64,000 nucleotides of DNA from the human T2T-CHM13v2.0 reference genome, Homo sapiens: NCBI RefSeq assembly GCF_009914755.1, contig NC_060947.1; one strand, 5' to 3'. Of this stretch, positions 35,059-64,000 are shown one piece after another. Position 1 is the stretch's first letter; each line of letters begins with the position of its first letter. The notes beneath the pieces are model-generated. The model was not told the DNA's origin and did no database searches. It worked only from the letters and a program-made list of their open reading frames with translations. A program made the position numbers and the translations under genes.

Positions 35059-35378
35059 AGCCAGGTGCGGTGGCTCATGCCTGTAATCCCAGCACTTTGG
35101 GAGGCCAAGGCAGGTGGATCACAAGGTCAAGAGATCAATACCATCCTGGCTAACACAGTGAAACCCTGTCTCTACTAAAAATACAAAAATTAGCTGGGTG
35201 CGGTGGCACGCACCCGTAGTCCCAGCTACTTGGGAGGCTGAGGCAGTTGCTTGAACCTGGGAGGCGGAGGTTGCAGTGAGCCGAAATCATGCCACTGCAC
35301 TCCAGCCTGGGCGACAGAGTGAGACTCCATCTTAAAAAAAACAAAAAAAAACAAGACAAACCAACAACAACAACAAAA
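35059..35378 (+). mobile_element. AluS-type SINE within the HDGFL3 pseudogene 3' UTR
   Basis: Full dimer with A/CAA tail; ttatctatt is repeated on both flanks. Confidence 0.92.
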
Positions 35379-36180
35379 ATTATCTATTATCACAGTAGCG
35401 ACAATAATGCATACATAATAGTGACTTATGGATCAATGTTAACTATTCTAATTCTACTTTCCAAAGAAAACAGCAGTTCATTTTAAAAGTCTATTTACAT
35501 GTCAGTGTTTTGTCTGGTTTTCCAGAGGACTGCTGCTAATTCCAGCATTAAAATGTAAAGTATCCACTTTGAGTGATTAGCTCAAATTGTGTTGGCATTG
35601 GGAAAAAATAAATCATTGCTTTTATTTTGGAATAACACAGAAAGACTCACTTCACATATAGAAACTGAGTCTGTGTTGTACATAACAACATGAGTTTGGG
35701 AAGTAAAGCTTTCAGCTAACTATTTCTAATACTGAATAGATATTTTACAACATAAACTTTACACATGGCCTCAAAACTGAAATCGAATTATAATTTCATC
35801 TTCAGTATGCCGCATTATATATTTAAGAATTACTTCCTAAGTTCTGTCATAGACAGAAAACCCCATTCTTAAGCATTGTGTTGAGTGGTCATTTAAAAGA
35901 AAAACTTATTTTTAACTAAGTATTTGGTGATGGTGGGGGCCAGAGAATGGTAGATATAACTGCCTTGATAAAAGGATCTTCGATATGCACAAATCTGTGC
36001 AAAAATCTTGATAATCCTTTATGGTTAAGGGCAACTTCATGCAACCAAATGACATGAAATTAAATCAATAACCTTTAAAAAGGATAACGTATTTTTTTCA
36101 ACCACAACAGAGAGGAATATGAATAATGTACATAAAAACTGGGGTTCTGTCGATAATAGCAAGGACTATGTGTTGGTTCA

Positions 36181-36530
<350 letters not shown>

Positions 36531-39500
36531 TTAATTTTCTTATGATTTCTTTTAATATGCAGCATTGATTATGGTAGGTAGGTCCCTTCACTGGTTTTCT
36601 GCAAGTTTGAAGCTGTGTTTCTTGTGTCATTGCAGGCATTTCCATCTTCAGATCTGCTTTTATCTCTTCTTTGCATTCTTTGTCATCTTCATCTCCAGGA
36701 GATTTCTGGAAATGTTTAGAGGGCTTCTTTGAAGTGTATGACTTTATTTTTTCTTTTAGACTGCTTTTTCATTCTTTCTTTTGCTTTTTCCGTCTTCTTC
36801 TACTCTATCACCTTCTTCCTCATTGCTTGCCCTGGCAGTGTCTTCTACCTCAGTTTCTGAAGACTATTGTTGCTGAATTGCCTGGCATCCAGTAAACTTT
36901 ATTCCTGGGTTGTTTTCTATTTCCCACAATCCTTCATTAAATCCTTTCTATTTGTTTGACTTTCTAACTGTCTTTGTATTTCTTATATGGGAAAAGGTCT
37001 TTGGAAACTAGAAATGCAGTCATGGAAGCCAAAAAAAAAAAAACTTCAGCTTTACCTCAAGATAATTTAGGAGAAGTTCGTTGTTTTTAATCTGTGGATA
37101 TGAGTGATGTTAGCTGATGTGGAGTGCACTGCAGGGTTTCAGTACCAGTGTAGTAATATGGACAGCTGGGCCTCTGAAAGAGAGAGCAGGTGTGGATGAG
37201 TATGAGTAGAGACACCTCGATCATTTGGGAGTGGAGAAGAAGTTGGGGGGCATATCCTTAGCTCTTCAAGCTCTTTCCTCAAAATTTACCCACGAGTCCC
37301 CTCCTTTCAATTACTCTGTTTCCCACAGAGAAGATAATAGTAGCAATATCCTTCTTCTACATTTCCCCCAAGGCCCTGTGGTCCTGAGGTTGGGAGAGTG
37401 GTGGGAGAGAAAGGATAAGAGAGGAATGGGAGAGAACATGGAAACCCTGAAGTCCAGGTCAGTAGAAGAGGTAGGAGTCTTTTAGGCCAAAGAAAAGAGG
37501 ACCCAAGTATTTCCTTGAACTTCGTAGCAACCAAGGATTAGACTACAGCAATGGAGAATCTTGAGGCAAGCCAGATAGTTGCAGAGAGCCCATCTGAGGG
37601 ACAAATATAGGGCTTATCTTAGAGTTAGATTTCTAGAAAGCCCCTTAAGATGGGATAAGGGTCACAGAGTGGGCAATTGTGGGAGGGTTCCTGGTGGAGG
37701 TTGGGGATTGGAGTGATGGCCTGGGGGTGATTTAAAGTAAGAACACAATACTGGACTGAAGAAGATGGGGAAGGGTTCCAGCAAGAAAGCCTCCCTTCAG
37801 AGTGCAATGTGGAGGCAGCAGCTGCAGTGCCCGAGAGCCTGAGTTTTGGAATACCTGCCACTATGGATTCTAGAAGTAGTGCCAGATTTCTTCCTTGTAG
37901 TAGTGAATTTCTTCCCTGTCCTCATTTATTTCAATAGGGTAGAGGCAGGAGAGGAAGAAAAGATGGAGCCTTTTGCCTGTGATTAATAATAAAACCACTG
38001 TATTCTAGAAACAGAGAGAGGCAGGATGAGGTACAAAGAAAGATACCTGTTCTGCCGAAGATTCTCAGTCTCTGGATCTCTTGTCAAGATAACCTTATAT
38101 TTACTCGCATATGGCTGAATTGACTAGTTAGTACCAAATTGATGCAGAGAGGAAGGAAGACAAGGGGGTAGGAGCATACACAGGTGGGATTAATTTTACT
38201 CAACTTCACCAACAGACTTTGTTCATTTCTGGTGGGGGATGGCTGTAGTGGTAGAGAAATAGACTGTGGTGGGAAAGGGGAGAGGGGATAAGGTATAACA
38301 TTTTCTGGCCCTTCCTCCCCCGTTTTGTGTTTTTCCTTTTCTCTCCTCTCATGACCAGAAGTCTAGACAGGAAGCAGAGGTCGGTTACCAGGGAAACTGA
38401 AGCTGAGTATGCTTGATTCACGAGCTTGTGAGATAAAAGCAAAATTGCTACTCAAAATGCAAGACTGTATGGAGGATGGGTATTAACCAAATAAGCAAAG
38501 ATTTATTCATCCTTATAATTATTGTACATAGATATATAAATCCACAAAGATGAATAGCTTTTCCTAAATGTTTAGTTGAGAATCAGTCTATGGAATGGCC
38601 TTGAATCCTGCCCCTGCCGCCTTCCATTCTCACTGCTGGCCCCATGCTGTCAGTCTCCCAACATGCCTTATGTCTGAGTATGATGGAGTCCTAATGATAT
38701 TGCCTCTGTACGTGGCTCTGTCAGTTACAGGGAAAGAAACTAAGGGAAAAAGGAAGCATCAATTCACCTAGCTTTAAAAGCAACAGAGAGATAAACCTCA
38801 ACCATCAAAATCTTTCCCTAGAATTCCACCTAAAAATCCCAGCAAATCTAACCAAAGTACTGGTCTTTCAATGTCTAATTAATATGTATTTGTTTTGGGT
38901 CCAGTATCAAAGAGTTCTACGAAAATGCAATTAGAATACATCACCATTCCTTATACGCTGCTGCCCCTAGTGTAACACATGTGGATTGCACTCTCTTGAC
39001 AGTTGTAGCCAGTTATTCCATTTCACTGCTGTATGACGGGTTTTAGACTTGTATCTGTATTTTTTAAGATATGCAGTTGAATATTTCTGTTAATCTTTTT
39101 GATTATAGAGAAATGAAGCAGATAGCCTACCACTGGCCATAATATTTTTCTGATGGGAAAATACATTCTGCTCTGTGGCAACTGCTTTCTGATGCAGTCT
39201 CTATTGTTGCATTTTAATAAAAATCATCCTCTGCTTGTATACTCCCATATGATTTCAGAATATTTATGCTGATGTCAACTCGGTTGTAATAATTGATCTC
39301 CACTGAGACCTTAGAAGTTAATGTGAACCTGCATTTAAAGTTTAATTAGGGAGTAAAAAGTGTCGGGGGGTGTTCATATCTGTCTGTACTCTCTTCTACA
39401 ACTGGAAAACTTTCCCTAAAAAACAAAAAACTTGTATTTGAGTAGTGGTGTGTGTGTGTGTGTGTTTGTAGATGGGGCATAAAGGTAGAGTGATAAGAAT

Positions 39501-40206
39501 TGACAAGCACCAATATTTATTGAGCACTACTAGGTGTGATATAATTTGCATTATTTTATCTGAGTATTACATACAAGCAATAAGTTGGGTTTTGGTGCAG
39601 TCATTGAACCTTTCACCTGCCATTTTTTAAATTGTATGAGGCTAATTCCTTGTGGATAGCAGGGTGAACAGAAATGTTATTGGTACTGAGATCTTTCTGT
39701 CACTTTTAGTTGCCATAGCCCTTTGTAGTTTAGAGAAACTTCTGATAAGGAAATTAATTCTCACAGGCTAGGCTTGCTTTCCATGCAATACTTCGTTTAA
39801 CCCTTCCTACAAACACTTTGATGTAGATACTATTACTATCTTGAATTTACAGTTGAGGTACTTGGAGATGAGAAGAGCCCAAACCCAGGTCTTCCTGTTT
39901 CTGAAGACTGTGTTTTTCTGCCTCCCTTATGTAGTAAAACCGGAGAACAGTCTGGAGTGTTAGTCTTCGAAAATTTTATTGATGCTATGCACAAACATTT
40001 CCTGAAACACCAGGGAGACCCTGACATATCTCAATTCTTCCTCAAAAAGGACCATTATATATATATAAATTAACTGCCCTCCACCCACTAATTGAGCACT
40101 CATTTCTCCATTCAGTCCTCTCTTCACAAAAAAAAAGGAGAAATATTGAATGCCTTCAGGATTGAGAAGCTAAATCTGATGAAATTAGCGTGGGACATTA
40201 GCATGG

Positions 40207-40575
40207 TATATTAGTTTGCTAGTGCTGCAATAACAAAATACCACAGAATGGGTGACTTAAACAACAGACATTCATTTTCTCACAGTTCTGGAGGCTGGAA
40301 GTCCAAGATCGAGGTATATATAGGCTTAGTTTCTTCTGAGGTCTCTCTCTCTTTGGCTTTCAGATAGTCACCTTCTCACTGTGTCCTTACATAGTCTTTC
40401 TTCTGTACCTATGCACCCCTGCTGTTTCTCTGTGCATACAAATTTCCTCTTCTTATAAAAGCATCAGTTAGATTGGATTAGGGCCACCTAAAGGTTTCGT
40501 TTTTACTTAATCACATCTTTATAGGCTTGATATCCAATTACAGTCATATTCTGGAGTAATAGAAGTTAGAGCTTC
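40207..40575. mobile_element. MLT1-family MaLR LTR
   Basis: tattagtttgctag..gctgcaataacaaaataccacaga...cacagttctggaggctggaagtccaagatc...gattggattagggcc signature. Confidence 0.8.
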
Positions 40576-40599
40576 TCAAGTAGCACTTCAATTAATTAA

Positions 40600-41910
40600 T
40601 TAGCTAATTAATTTTTAATTGAAAAATACAAATTATATATATATGAGGTGTAACTTGATGTTTTGACATATGTGTACAATGTGGAATGATTAAATCAAGC
40701 TAACTAATGTATCCATTGCCTCATATAATATCTATTGCAGTAAGAACATTTAAAATCTACTTCTTTAGCAATTTCAAGTATATGATACATTATAATTTGC
40801 TATAATCAGTCACCATACTGTACAATAGAGCTCTATAACTTATTTCTCCTTCCTAACTGAAACTTTGAACCCTTTGACCAACATTTCCCCATTTCCTACA
40901 ACCTCCTGCCAACCCCTGGTAACCACCATTCTACTCTCAGTTTCTATCAATTAGATTTTTTTAGAGTCCACATATAAATGAGATCATGCAGCATTTGCCT
41001 TTCTGTGTCTGGTTTACTTCGCTTAGCATAATGTCCTCCAGGTTTATGTGGATTGTTGCAAATGAAAGGATTTTCTTCCTTCTTAAAGCTGAATAGTATT
41101 CCATTGTGTGTGCCCGTCTCTGTGTGTGTATACTCCACATTTTCCCTATCTATTGATTCATTGATGGACACTTAGGCTGATTCCATATCTTGGCTATTGT
41201 GAATAATACTGCAATGAACATGGAAGTGCAGGTATGTCTTTGACATAGTGACTTTACTTCCTTTGGGTATATAGCTAAAAGTGAAATGGCTGAATCATAC
41301 AATAACTCTATTTTTAATTTTTTGAGGAATCTCCTTACCGTTTTTCATAATAGCTGAACTGGTTTACATTCCCACTAATAGTGCTCAATATCCCCCCAAC
41401 ACTTGTTATCTTTTGTTTTTTAATGATGGTAGATATTCTAATGGGTGTGAGGTGATATATCATTGTGGCTTTAATTTGTGTTTCTCTGATGATTAGTGAT
41501 ATTGAGCACATTTTTATGTAACTGTCAGCAATTTGGATGTCTCCTTTGGAAAAATATCTATTCAGGTCCTTTGCCCATTTTTAAATCAGGTTATTTATTT
41601 TCTTGCTATTGAGTTGTCTGATTTCCTTATATATTTTGGATATTAACCCGTTATCAGATATGTAGTTTGCAAATATTTTCTCTCATTGTGCAGGTTGCAT
41701 CTTCACTCGATTGTTTCTTTTTCCATGCAAAAGCTTTTTACTTTGATGCAATCCATTTGTCTATTTTTGCTTTTGTTGCCTATGCTTTTGGGGTAATATC
41801 CCAAAAATCTTTGCCAGGACAGATGCTAATAAGCTTTCCTCTATGTTTTCTTTCAGTACTTTTACAGTTTTAGGTCTTATATTTAAGTCATTAATCCATT
41901 TTGAGTTGAT
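40600..41910 (-). mobile_element. L1MA-like 3' portion
   Basis: Antisense L1 3' UTR and ORF2-end text. Confidence 0.8.
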
Positions 41911-42359
41911 CTCTGGTTTTTTTTGTGTGTATTTTTTTTGTTTTAGTAAATTATATTTTCAGTAAGTTTTCAATAACCAAATTGAAAAGTGTGTCTATTT
42001 ATTCCTGACTAGGCTAAGACATGTAGAAATATATCACTACTGTTCAACTGTTGGGAGTAGGGAGGCAATGAACACAAGGAAACTCAGACAGAAAAAGAAA
42101 TGTAAATTAACATCTCAAAATATTATATTATTACTTTAAAATTATTTAGTAAATCACATGGTCTTCTTATTTGAAAGAGAGGAACTGTGGGATGGTAAGG
42201 GTGTACAGAGGGTAGCTGCTAGTGAAAGTCCAGTGGGCTCCAAATATTCTATAAAATCACAATATAATGTATAAGAGAAAGAAGAATAAAGGAATGAGCT
42301 ACTTTATTTTCATATGATTTCTTTTAAAATAGTGATTTGTAACACCTGTTTCTCTTTTC

Positions 42360-48160
<5,801 letters not shown>

Positions 48161-48179
48161 CTTTTTTTTAGGTTCTATT

Positions 48180-54645
<6,466 letters not shown>

Positions 54646-54649
54646 AACC

Positions 54650-55095
54650 ATCCCATATGAATTTTAAAGTAGTTTTCTTCTAATTCCGTGAAGAATGTCA
54701 TTGGTAGTTTAATAGCAACATCACTGAATCTATAAATTTCCCTGGTCAGTTTGGCCATTTTGAAAATATTGCTTCTTCCTGTTCACGAGCATGGAATGTT
54801 TTTCCATTTGTGTCATCTCTGATTTCTTTGGGCAGTGTTTTGTAGTTCTCATAGTGGAGATTGTTCTCCTCCCTAGTTAGCTGTATTCCTAGGTATTTTA
54901 TTCTTTTTGTGGCAATTGTGAATGGGATTGTGTTTCTGATTTGGCTCTGTGCTTGAAGGTAGTTGGTGTACAGAAACACTCCTGGTTTTTGTACATTAAT
55001 TTTGTATCTTGAAGCTTTCCTGAAGTTGTTTATAAGATCAAGGAGCTTTTGGGCAGAGATTCTGGGATTTTCTAGGTATAGAATCACATGGTTTC
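54650..55095 (-). mobile_element. L1 ORF2 (RT region) fragment
   Basis: ORF 54746..55147, [21 protein letters not shown]...[11 protein letters not shown]. Confidence 0.85.
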
Positions 55096-56029
55096 CAAAC
55101 AGATTGTTTGACTTGTGTGAAAAACATAGTGGAGTAGAAGCAAACACGTGTCAGCAATGGAATAGAAAAATAAAAGTGCCCATGAATAAATTTAATTTGA
55201 ATGTGAAGAACTAATATGAAGCAAATAACACAGTCATTGTGTGGGATATGTTAAAAGACTTGAGGAATTGAGGAGTGGCTTTTTTTTGATAGAGAGATTC
55301 TAAAATAGGAAGATGGCTATTGTCCCAGAGTTAACATGTAATATAAAAATAATAACTAGTATCTCAACAGGAATATTTTAGCACCTGATCAAATGATTCT
55401 GAAGTTCATCTGAAAGACCAACGTGTCAGAATTGATAGAAAAGGAGAAATCAATGAGGGAGGGCAAGCATTATTTCACATTTCAAATATAATTTAAGCTA
55501 CAGCAATTAAAATAGTGTAGTAGTGGTACAGGTATAAACAACTCAATGGAAGAAAATTAAAAGAAGAGAGTTACATACAAAATTGAGTGGGGATGTAGGT
55601 GATGATAAAAGAGCCATTTCAAAACAGTGGGTGCAACAGGGATTCAACAAATAATGTTGAGTTCCTACCACTTTAATTTTGTCCAGATGGATCAAAGATT
55701 TTGAACGTACAATAATGCAACCAAAAACTATGAATGTCTTATATTGGAATGGGTTAGACAATTGCAAGCATGACAGCAAACTCGTGAAGGAGGCAAGAAA
55801 ATGATTTATGGAAGCGTATATAAAACAGATATTAAAATATTTAAGATTTATTTCTATGATGGTGAAGTTTTCTGAAACACATTATTAGAGTAACCTGGGG
55901 CTCATATTCTCCAAAGCCACTGGAAGTGAAAGAAAGGGTGGGCGGGGGAAAAAGAAAAGTGCTTTGCAAGTTCATTTTCGTTGTCAGGAGCGCTGGTGGT
56001 TTAGGTTCTCCACAGACGCAGGAAAACAT

Positions 56030-56720
56030 CAGTCACGAGGCGAATGTCCCAGTCAGTGTGCATGCTGCACAGACCTGTTGCTGCACTTGTCTGTTGTTAC
56101 GCATGTCTGTTGCTACACGTGTCTGTTGTTGCGCATGCGCCTTGCTGCCCGCCTTCTGTCCACACACAGCTCTGCAAGGAGAGTGTCTTCATTCTTTCCG
56201 CCATCTTGATTCTTTGTCACTGACCGAGACTCAGCCGGTAGGTCCGCAGAGCGGTCTTCCTGGGAATTTAGTTGTGGGTGAATGTGTGGAGGAGCCAGCT
56301 GGCTTTGGACAGGTCCTGCGGCACAGTCCGTGGCTTCCGAGGGAAAAGGGCCTCGCGGTCGTCGTCCGGCCCCTCCCAGGTCGGGATGCCACCGTGGGAC
56401 TTGTCGTCGTGGCTGGGCTGGGACGAGGGACGAGGGAGGAAGGTGGGCCACAGAGGGGAGGGATCGCGTGAAGATGGGGCGAGTGCTGGGGGTGCTGTTA
56501 GAGGTGTCTGAGTCTCGAAAACTCCTGGAACCCTCTGAGAGAGGACAGTTTCCAGACTCCTCGGTAGGGACGCGGGAAGAGACCATGTGGTCAGTAAGGA
56601 AGGGGCCTGGGAACTGGGAACGCTGTGGGCCGGTGACTGTGGCCCCGAGGTCTGTAGAGTGCCTGGCAGAGGTGTCCCGTGAGGAGCATAACGTTCACTC
56701 TGTTTCACAATTTCTCACCT
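56030..56720 (+). promoter_or_regulatory. PAGE2B CpG-island promoter
   Basis: Local CpG enrichment, NRF1 palindrome TGCGCATGCGC (56130-56140), E-box CACGTG (56116-56121), YY1-type CCGCCATCTT (56198-56207). Confidence 0.82.
56075..56138. repeat. 4 x 16-bp degenerate tandem repeat in the PAGE2B promoter
   Basis: ctgttgctgcacttgt / ctgttgttacgcatgt / ctgttgctacacgtgt / ctgttgttgcgcatgc. Confidence 0.85.
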
Positions 56721-57164
56721 CCGCCATGGACGCCATGGAAGGAATGGGCGAGGCTGTGCTTTCCAACAAGACTTGATTTTGAGAGAGGTGTGGGGGTGAA
56801 ATGGGCCTAGCAAATCAGAGTGGGACAAAAGCAGTAGTCATTTCAGTTTCAATTCTCTGCCCTTTTTTCCCCCAAATGTCTTCATGATGGAGAGTCTAAT
56901 TGTGAAACCAAAACGCAGAAATGTCCTCTGTCTTTTGCTATGGCGTTAAGGGGATTTCTATGCCTCTTCGACTATGATACAAACAAATCTGTCCTTAGTT
57001 TGATTGGAAAGCGTGGGTACTTATCAATGCTCTGTGAATTACGTTGAAAATATTTTCAAAATTAAAAAAATACAAATCACCATTTTGCCATGGAATGTTC
57101 ATATATATAGCTAAGTTCTTATACACTTTTTCCAAATAACAGTATTCTATTTTCAGTGGGAAAT

Positions 57165-57431
57165 ATGAGTGAGCATGTGAGAACAAGATCCCAATCCTCA
57201 GAAAGAGGAAATGACCAAGAGTCTTCCCAGCCAGTTGGATCTGTGATTGTGAGTCCTTTAACATTTGATGTTTCCTATTAACACAATTTATTTTAAGAAA
57301 TATTTTTGAGCTAGTGTACACGCACTGATACAGGTGTTCCATGCTGATAAAAAATGATGATGGCATCTCATGAAGGAAACGTTGGTTCAGGAATATTATA
57401 TTCTGGTGTTACCTGTATGGATATGGATATT

Positions 57432-57464
<33 letters not shown>

Positions 57465-59921
57465 GTGTGTGTGTGTATATGTATATATGTATATATGTAT
57501 GTATGTATGTATATATGTATGTGTATATATGTATGTATATACGTATGTATGTATATATACATATATGTATATACATATATATGTGTTTATATATGTTGGA
57601 AAAATGTCTTTAGATGTGTGATTCGATGCACATATGCATTTGTGTATTTATATTATTGACTTTTTATTCACACACACACTTACACCCTTAGGTCCAGGAG
57701 CCCACTGAGGAAAAACGTCAAGAAGAGGAACCACCAACTGATAATCAGGGTATTGCACCTAGTGGGGAGATCGAAAATGAAGGAGCACCTGCCGTTCAAG
57801 GTGAAGGGAGAGTGGAGAATAATGCTTATGGGTGGTGGAGGTCTATTTATGCATTGTATTTTATGACATACCAGTAACAGGAGGACAGAAAGCATTAGGA
57901 AGGAATCTTAAACATTTCCTACTGCTGCTGTGTGGAGGGGTGGGACAAGGACGCATAAAAAGCCACTAAGCTTTCCTACCACTTTGACGGAGGCTTTTTA
58001 TTGATTGGGTATTTTCATGGTTGCCATAAACCTTTTTCCAGAGCTCCTGTATGCTTTGTTCAGCCATTTTCTGTTTTTTGTTGCTGTGGAAGAATGGCAG
58101 CTTGCAGCTTCCTAGTCTGCCATCTGTGGACACGTCATGTATTTTTTAAGAAACTTTTTAACACACCTTTATTGATGCTTCCTCATACCACGTAATATAC
58201 TAAGTGCTGGAGATGTCAGTGCCAAATTTTTGCCTAAAGCTCATAGTCTAGTCAGATTGACTCAAACAAATCGCTGATTTAATGTGATAAGAATAAGAAC
58301 AAATGAGTACAAAAGGGACAAGTAAGTTGTCTAGGGCCAGCCTTGGGAAAGGAAAGGGCAATGTTTGAACATCTCTGCTTTCCTGTTTTCCTGGCAGCAG
58401 ATTCCTGAAATAATTAGCCTACAGGTTTTTACTTCATAATGATGAGGGAATAAATATTATCATTTCCTTGTTCATAGTTCATGTTTTAATTTGTAAACTG
58501 ATGACCTTTTTATCTTTTAAGGGCCTGACATGGAAGCTTTTCAACAGGAACTGGCTCTGCTTAAGATAGAGGATGAGCCTGGAGATGGTCCTGATGTCAG
58601 GGAGGGGATTATGCCCACTTTTGATCTCACTAAAGTGCTGGAAGCAGGTTTGTTATTCATTTAAGATGCAAACTATTGTATTTCTATTTTCACAGTATTT
58701 TGTGTGACACAGAGGTAAAATTACTGCTACTTTAATATCATACTTCACGTCTGAAGGTTCTTTGAATGTAGTTCAGACCCCAAATGGCTGCCTTACACAC
58801 TATCAGGGATAGAGGGCCAGGTGTGGTGGCTCATGCTGTTAATTCCAGCACTTTGGGAGGCCGAGACAGAAAGATCACTTGAGGCCAGGACTTCCAGAGA
58901 TGGAGAAAAATTGGGTCAAAGCTAATTGGATTACGATATGAAAGATATGAAACATGCTAAAACAGTAGATTTCAAGTGTCTTCACAGCTATATGAAGTAA
59001 TGCATATATTAATTAGCTTGATGTAGCCATTTTACAATGTGTATATATATATATTTAAAACGTCATGTTTTACATGATAAATATATACAATTTTATGTGT
59101 CATTTTTAAAGAAAGATGAAAACGTGTTCTGACTTTTAAATGTAAGTCATTTTACCAACAGCCAATAATTTTCAAATATTTTTATAGAGGCCTGTTTTTA
59201 ACAAATACATAACATGTTTATAATAAGCATCAGTTTATATTGTGATGTTAACTGTGTTGGTAATGGCTTAAAGCTAGCGTGGATATTCAGTTTACTGTAT
59301 AAACTGAACTGCTTGTAGGCATGTAAAGAGGCAGGAGTACCCGTGAAAATAGTGACAAATGTTCGCCCTACTTAAAGCAACTACATGATGGCTACACTAG
59401 TCCAAAGTAACGTTTTTACACTTTTTCACAAGAGAGACAAAACAAATGTAATACTGACTTTTCTATTTCCTTCACTTAGGCCGTTCTAAGCATATTCTAT
59501 ATTCAGAGTGTCATTTCATATCAGACTATTTAAATGATACTTTAAAATATCTTTTTCCCTTAGGATTTTATTTCGTTGAATTTTCATTTAAAGTATATGT
59601 GTTTTTTTTTTTTTTGCTTTCCACTTATACATACAAAATACACTTGATTTAATTCATTCTGAACTTGAACAGTCTCTTCGTTTCCTTATTCTACTAGAAA
59701 AAGTGGCATGAATTAAAAATATTGTTAATATGCCTGGAAGTCTACCTTCAGAGTTTATTCAGAGGCTAACTGGCTGTAAGCTAAAGGGTCACTCACCCTC
59801 AGGGTTCTGATATTAGTTCATCAACACGGTAGTTGTATACCTCTAGTGTCATATGAATAAAAATCTGCTGAGTAACGGGCCCTAATTTAATATTTATTTT
59901 ATAGGTGATGCGCAACCATAG
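57165..59921 (+). CDS. PAGE2B: P antigen family member 2B (GAGE/PAGE cancer-testis family), spliced CDS join(57165-57248,57692-57800,58522-58647,59905-59921), 111 aa
   Basis: 84+109+126+17 = 336 nt. Translates [111 protein letters not shown]. The MSEHVRTR N-terminus distinguishes it from PAGE2, as I recall that sequence. Confidence 0.93.
57432..57595. repeat. Compound microsatellite (CT)n(AT)n(GT)n(ATGT/ATAT)n, PAGE2B intron 2
   Basis: Directly visible low-complexity run. Confidence 0.93.
58815..58899 (+). mobile_element. Alu monomer fragment (FLAM/AluJ-like), PAGE2B intron 4
   Basis: ggccaggtgtggtggctcatgc...cagcactttgggaggccgag...gatcacttgaggccagga. Confidence 0.8.
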
Positions 59922-59998
59922 GTTTCAAGCAAGACAAATGAAGACTGAAACCAAGAACGTTATTCTTAATCTGGAAATTTGACTGATAATATTCTCTT

Positions 59999-60004
59999 AA
60001 TAAA
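59999..60004 (+). terminator. PAGE2B polyadenylation signal
   Basis: AATAAA ~78 nt after the stop codon, with T-rich downstream sequence. Confidence 0.85.
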
Positions 60005-60159
60005 GTTTTAAGTTTTCTGCAAAGAATCCTTACACAGTTTTGTTAAATTTATTTCTGGATCTTTAATACTCTTGAGAATTGTATCTTTTTTGAAAGTTTA
60101 AATCCTGTATTTGAGATGGTACATAGAGATAAAATGTTGGTACATTGATTTTCTATCAT

Positions 60160-60654
60160 AGATAGATAGGAACCTGGACGCTTTCATAGGGGGATGCCAA
60201 CAGCTGCACAGATGGAAAAGGCCACCTGGGGCCAGGCATGTCCACCATGGGCTTTCCACCTCCTCGTTTTTAGCACATGCACAGTAAGAATGAAATGAGC
60301 AACATGGAGTAGCTCAGGCTGAGGACCCGCCTGCATAATAAAAGATTAGGTTGGGGGCTGCCAGAGATTCACACCCTATGCAGATGGTACACCTGGTCCT
60401 AACCGGTTGTTTGTACCCTATGTAGGTGATCAGATACTACCTCCCCACTAGCTCATCTATAAAAACCCCTGCCTTTCACTGCTGGATGGCAACCGTTTTT
60501 TCTGGGACCCCTCTCTGTAGTAGAAAGCTGTTCTCTTTGTTTCTCCTATTAACTTTCTGCTCTACACCTCACTCTTGGTGTGCCCATGTCCTTGATTTCC
60601 TTGGCTGTGAGACCAAGAACCCTGGATGTTACCCCGGACAGCGAGGCCACTTCA
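60160..60654 (+). mobile_element. ERV1 LTR (MER50-like), 5' end uncertain
   Basis: TATA-like ctataaaaaccc at ~60457 and U5-like end ...gtgagaccaagaaccctgg...gaggccacttca. Confidence 0.7.

Positions 60655-64000
<3,346 letters not shown>

Larger units (their letters stand above)
56165..60025 (+). other. PAGE2B: PAGE2B gene (5 exons; ends approximate): ~56165-56237, 57157-57248, 57692-57800, 58522-58647, 59905-~60025
   Basis: All introns are GT-AG. Non-coding exon 1 lies in the CpG island. AATAAA at 59999-60004. Confidence 0.92.

Noticed and set aside
56075-56138. CRISPR-like repeat/spacer array
   Set aside because: Short contiguous degenerate tandem units without unique spacers, in mammalian DNA with no cas genes.
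55926-56776. Cluster of overlapping 80-180 aa ORFs on both strands
   Set aside because: Expected from the high GC content of the PAGE2B CpG island. There is no recognisable protein; the real CDS begins at 57165.
57354-57659. Y/V/C/I/M-rich ORFs
   Set aside because: Translation of the compound microsatellite.

Overview
Mammalian genomic DNA, recognisably the human Xp11.21 ALAS2–PAGE2B interval. Positions 1-12.2 kb hold the 5' half of ALAS2 on the minus strand: promoter, IRE-bearing exon 1, intron-1 GATA enhancer and coding exons 2-6; the gene runs off the left edge. Positions 56.1-60.0 kb hold the complete 5-exon cancer/testis gene PAGE2B on the plus strand (111 aa). The ~44 kb between them is dense in L1, Alu and LTR elements. 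It also contains a 16S/humanin-region NUMT, KRT8 and HDGFL3 processed pseudogenes, a decayed C2H2 zinc-finger exon and an L1 3' transduction. The most striking structural signal is that two oppositely oriented L1PA elements (16.9-19.2 kb and 28.1-34.1 kb) carry each other's target-site duplications, and a MIR split by the first resumes inverted at the second. This points to an L1-mediated inversion of the ~9-12 kb between them. Repeat subfamily names and gene identities come from recognition of the sequence, not from a database search.
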